Below, piece by piece: positions 63,011 to 64,000 of a stretch of 64,000 nucleotides of DNA. Every line of letters starts with the position of its first letter. Positions within the stretch are counted from its first letter, which is position 1. The DNA is from the human T2T-CHM13v2.0 reference genome, Homo sapiens: NCBI RefSeq assembly GCF_009914755.1, contig NC_060930.1, one strand, 5' to 3'. The translations under genes were made by a program, and so were the position numbers. The notes under the pieces were generated by a model. The model made no database searches. It was not told the DNA's origin and saw nothing but the letters and a program-made list of their open reading frames with translations.

Positions 63011-63651
63011 TCATCATGGACTCTAGAGCCTACAGCAATCCACTAGGTATGGAGAGGGAATACTTGAACTTTCATTACATTTTATTTTCCTCGGATCTTT
63101 TTAAAATTTATTTTGGATTGCTTTGTAGCGCTCTCGTCATAATCATCTCATGGTGCATGTGTGTGTATATGTGGATAATTTAAATAACTGTTCCCATATT
63201 TAATATGATTTTTAATCACTTATTGATCATGATTGTTTAATAATAAAAGATGATTAATTTTTTACCAATGGGGCCTGCGATGAAAACTGTGGGGCCCACA
63301 GGGCTAACCAGAAGCCCCTTTGCGATTCTCCGAAAAGTGCACGCTGGCTCACTCTCCAGCTTTGCTTCCATTTAGCGACAGTGACGACCTGGTAGTGGCT
63401 TTGGGAAAGGACTCCCTGGCCATCCTCCTCTACGTGACACAGTGGTCCTGCTATTTGGGATCTCTTTGAAGCACATGAACTTCCCAGATCTGTACAGCCC
63501 AAGTGCAGAGTCCACTGGGGAGCAGCATGCATTCGCTGACCCGAAATGCTGCACCGTGCGCCCCCCAGTTCCTCAGCCACACTCGCTGTCCAGGCAGCAT
63601 GTATTGGAGGATGTCAAGTGACTGGAATTGGTGTGGGACTGTGTTTTGCAG

Positions 63652-63877
63652 GAACCAGCTGTTGCACGTGCCCTTGAGGCAGCACCAGGTGAGCTGCTGT
63701 GACTGGCTGCTGAAGATCATCTGCGGGGTGGTCACCATCCGCACCGTGTATGCCTCCCACAAGCAGGCCAAGGCCTGCCTCGTCTCTCGCGTTAGCTGTG
63801 AGCGCACAGGCACTCGCTTCCACACCCGTGGCGTGAACGACGACGGCCATGTGTCCAACTTCGTGGAGACAGAGCAG
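63652..63877 (+). CDS. SYNJ2: Synaptojanin 2 coding exon 4 (226 nt), SAC1 domain
   Basis: Acceptor gtgttttgcag| and donor CAG|gtgagt. Encodes WNQLLHVP...[31 protein letters not shown], the conserved Sac1 RxGxRF..RG..dGhVaNFVETEQ motif. Cumulative CDS is 711 nt (237 codons). Confidence 0.97.
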
Positions 63878-64000
63878 GTGAGTGCCCAGGCCCATCTGTG
63901 GCACCAAATGGTTCCGAGTGGCTGCAGCTCTTGCACACGCGCTTTCCACTTGGGGCAGAAGAGGCCCTGGCATATTTGTGGTGGTCTCTGATCAGGCTTC

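Overview
Human (primate) genomic DNA covering the upstream region, CpG-island promoter and first four coding exons of SYNJ2 (synaptojanin 2) on the + strand. Exons 12158-12284, 47393-47479, 58924-59194 and 63652-63877 splice in frame through GT-AG introns (127+87+271+226 = 711 nt, aa 1-237, the N-terminal part of the SAC1-like phosphoinositide phosphatase domain). The gene continues beyond the window. The rest is intergenic or intronic and rich in repeats: about 30 Alus, L1, L2, MIR, MaLR LTRs, a complete MER41B solo LTR, Tigger/hAT DNA transposons and several minisatellites. Main observations: (1) a strong cryptic 3' splice site at 50170 in intron 2, followed by an in-frame stop and a ~700-bp UG-rich repeat, which fits a TDP-43-repressed cryptic last exon; (2) two independent local templated insertions that copied nearby DNA into Alus; (3) a MER41B LTR that keeps one canonical GAS site while the other has become an N4 (STAT6-type) site; (4) a perfect CArG box and an upstream splice donor in the promoter; (5) a switch in Alu orientation around exons 2-3 that could favour circRNA formation. 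Nearly all other listed ORFs are repeat- or GC-derived artefacts. Repeat subfamily names and boundaries were judged by eye, not by RepeatMasker.
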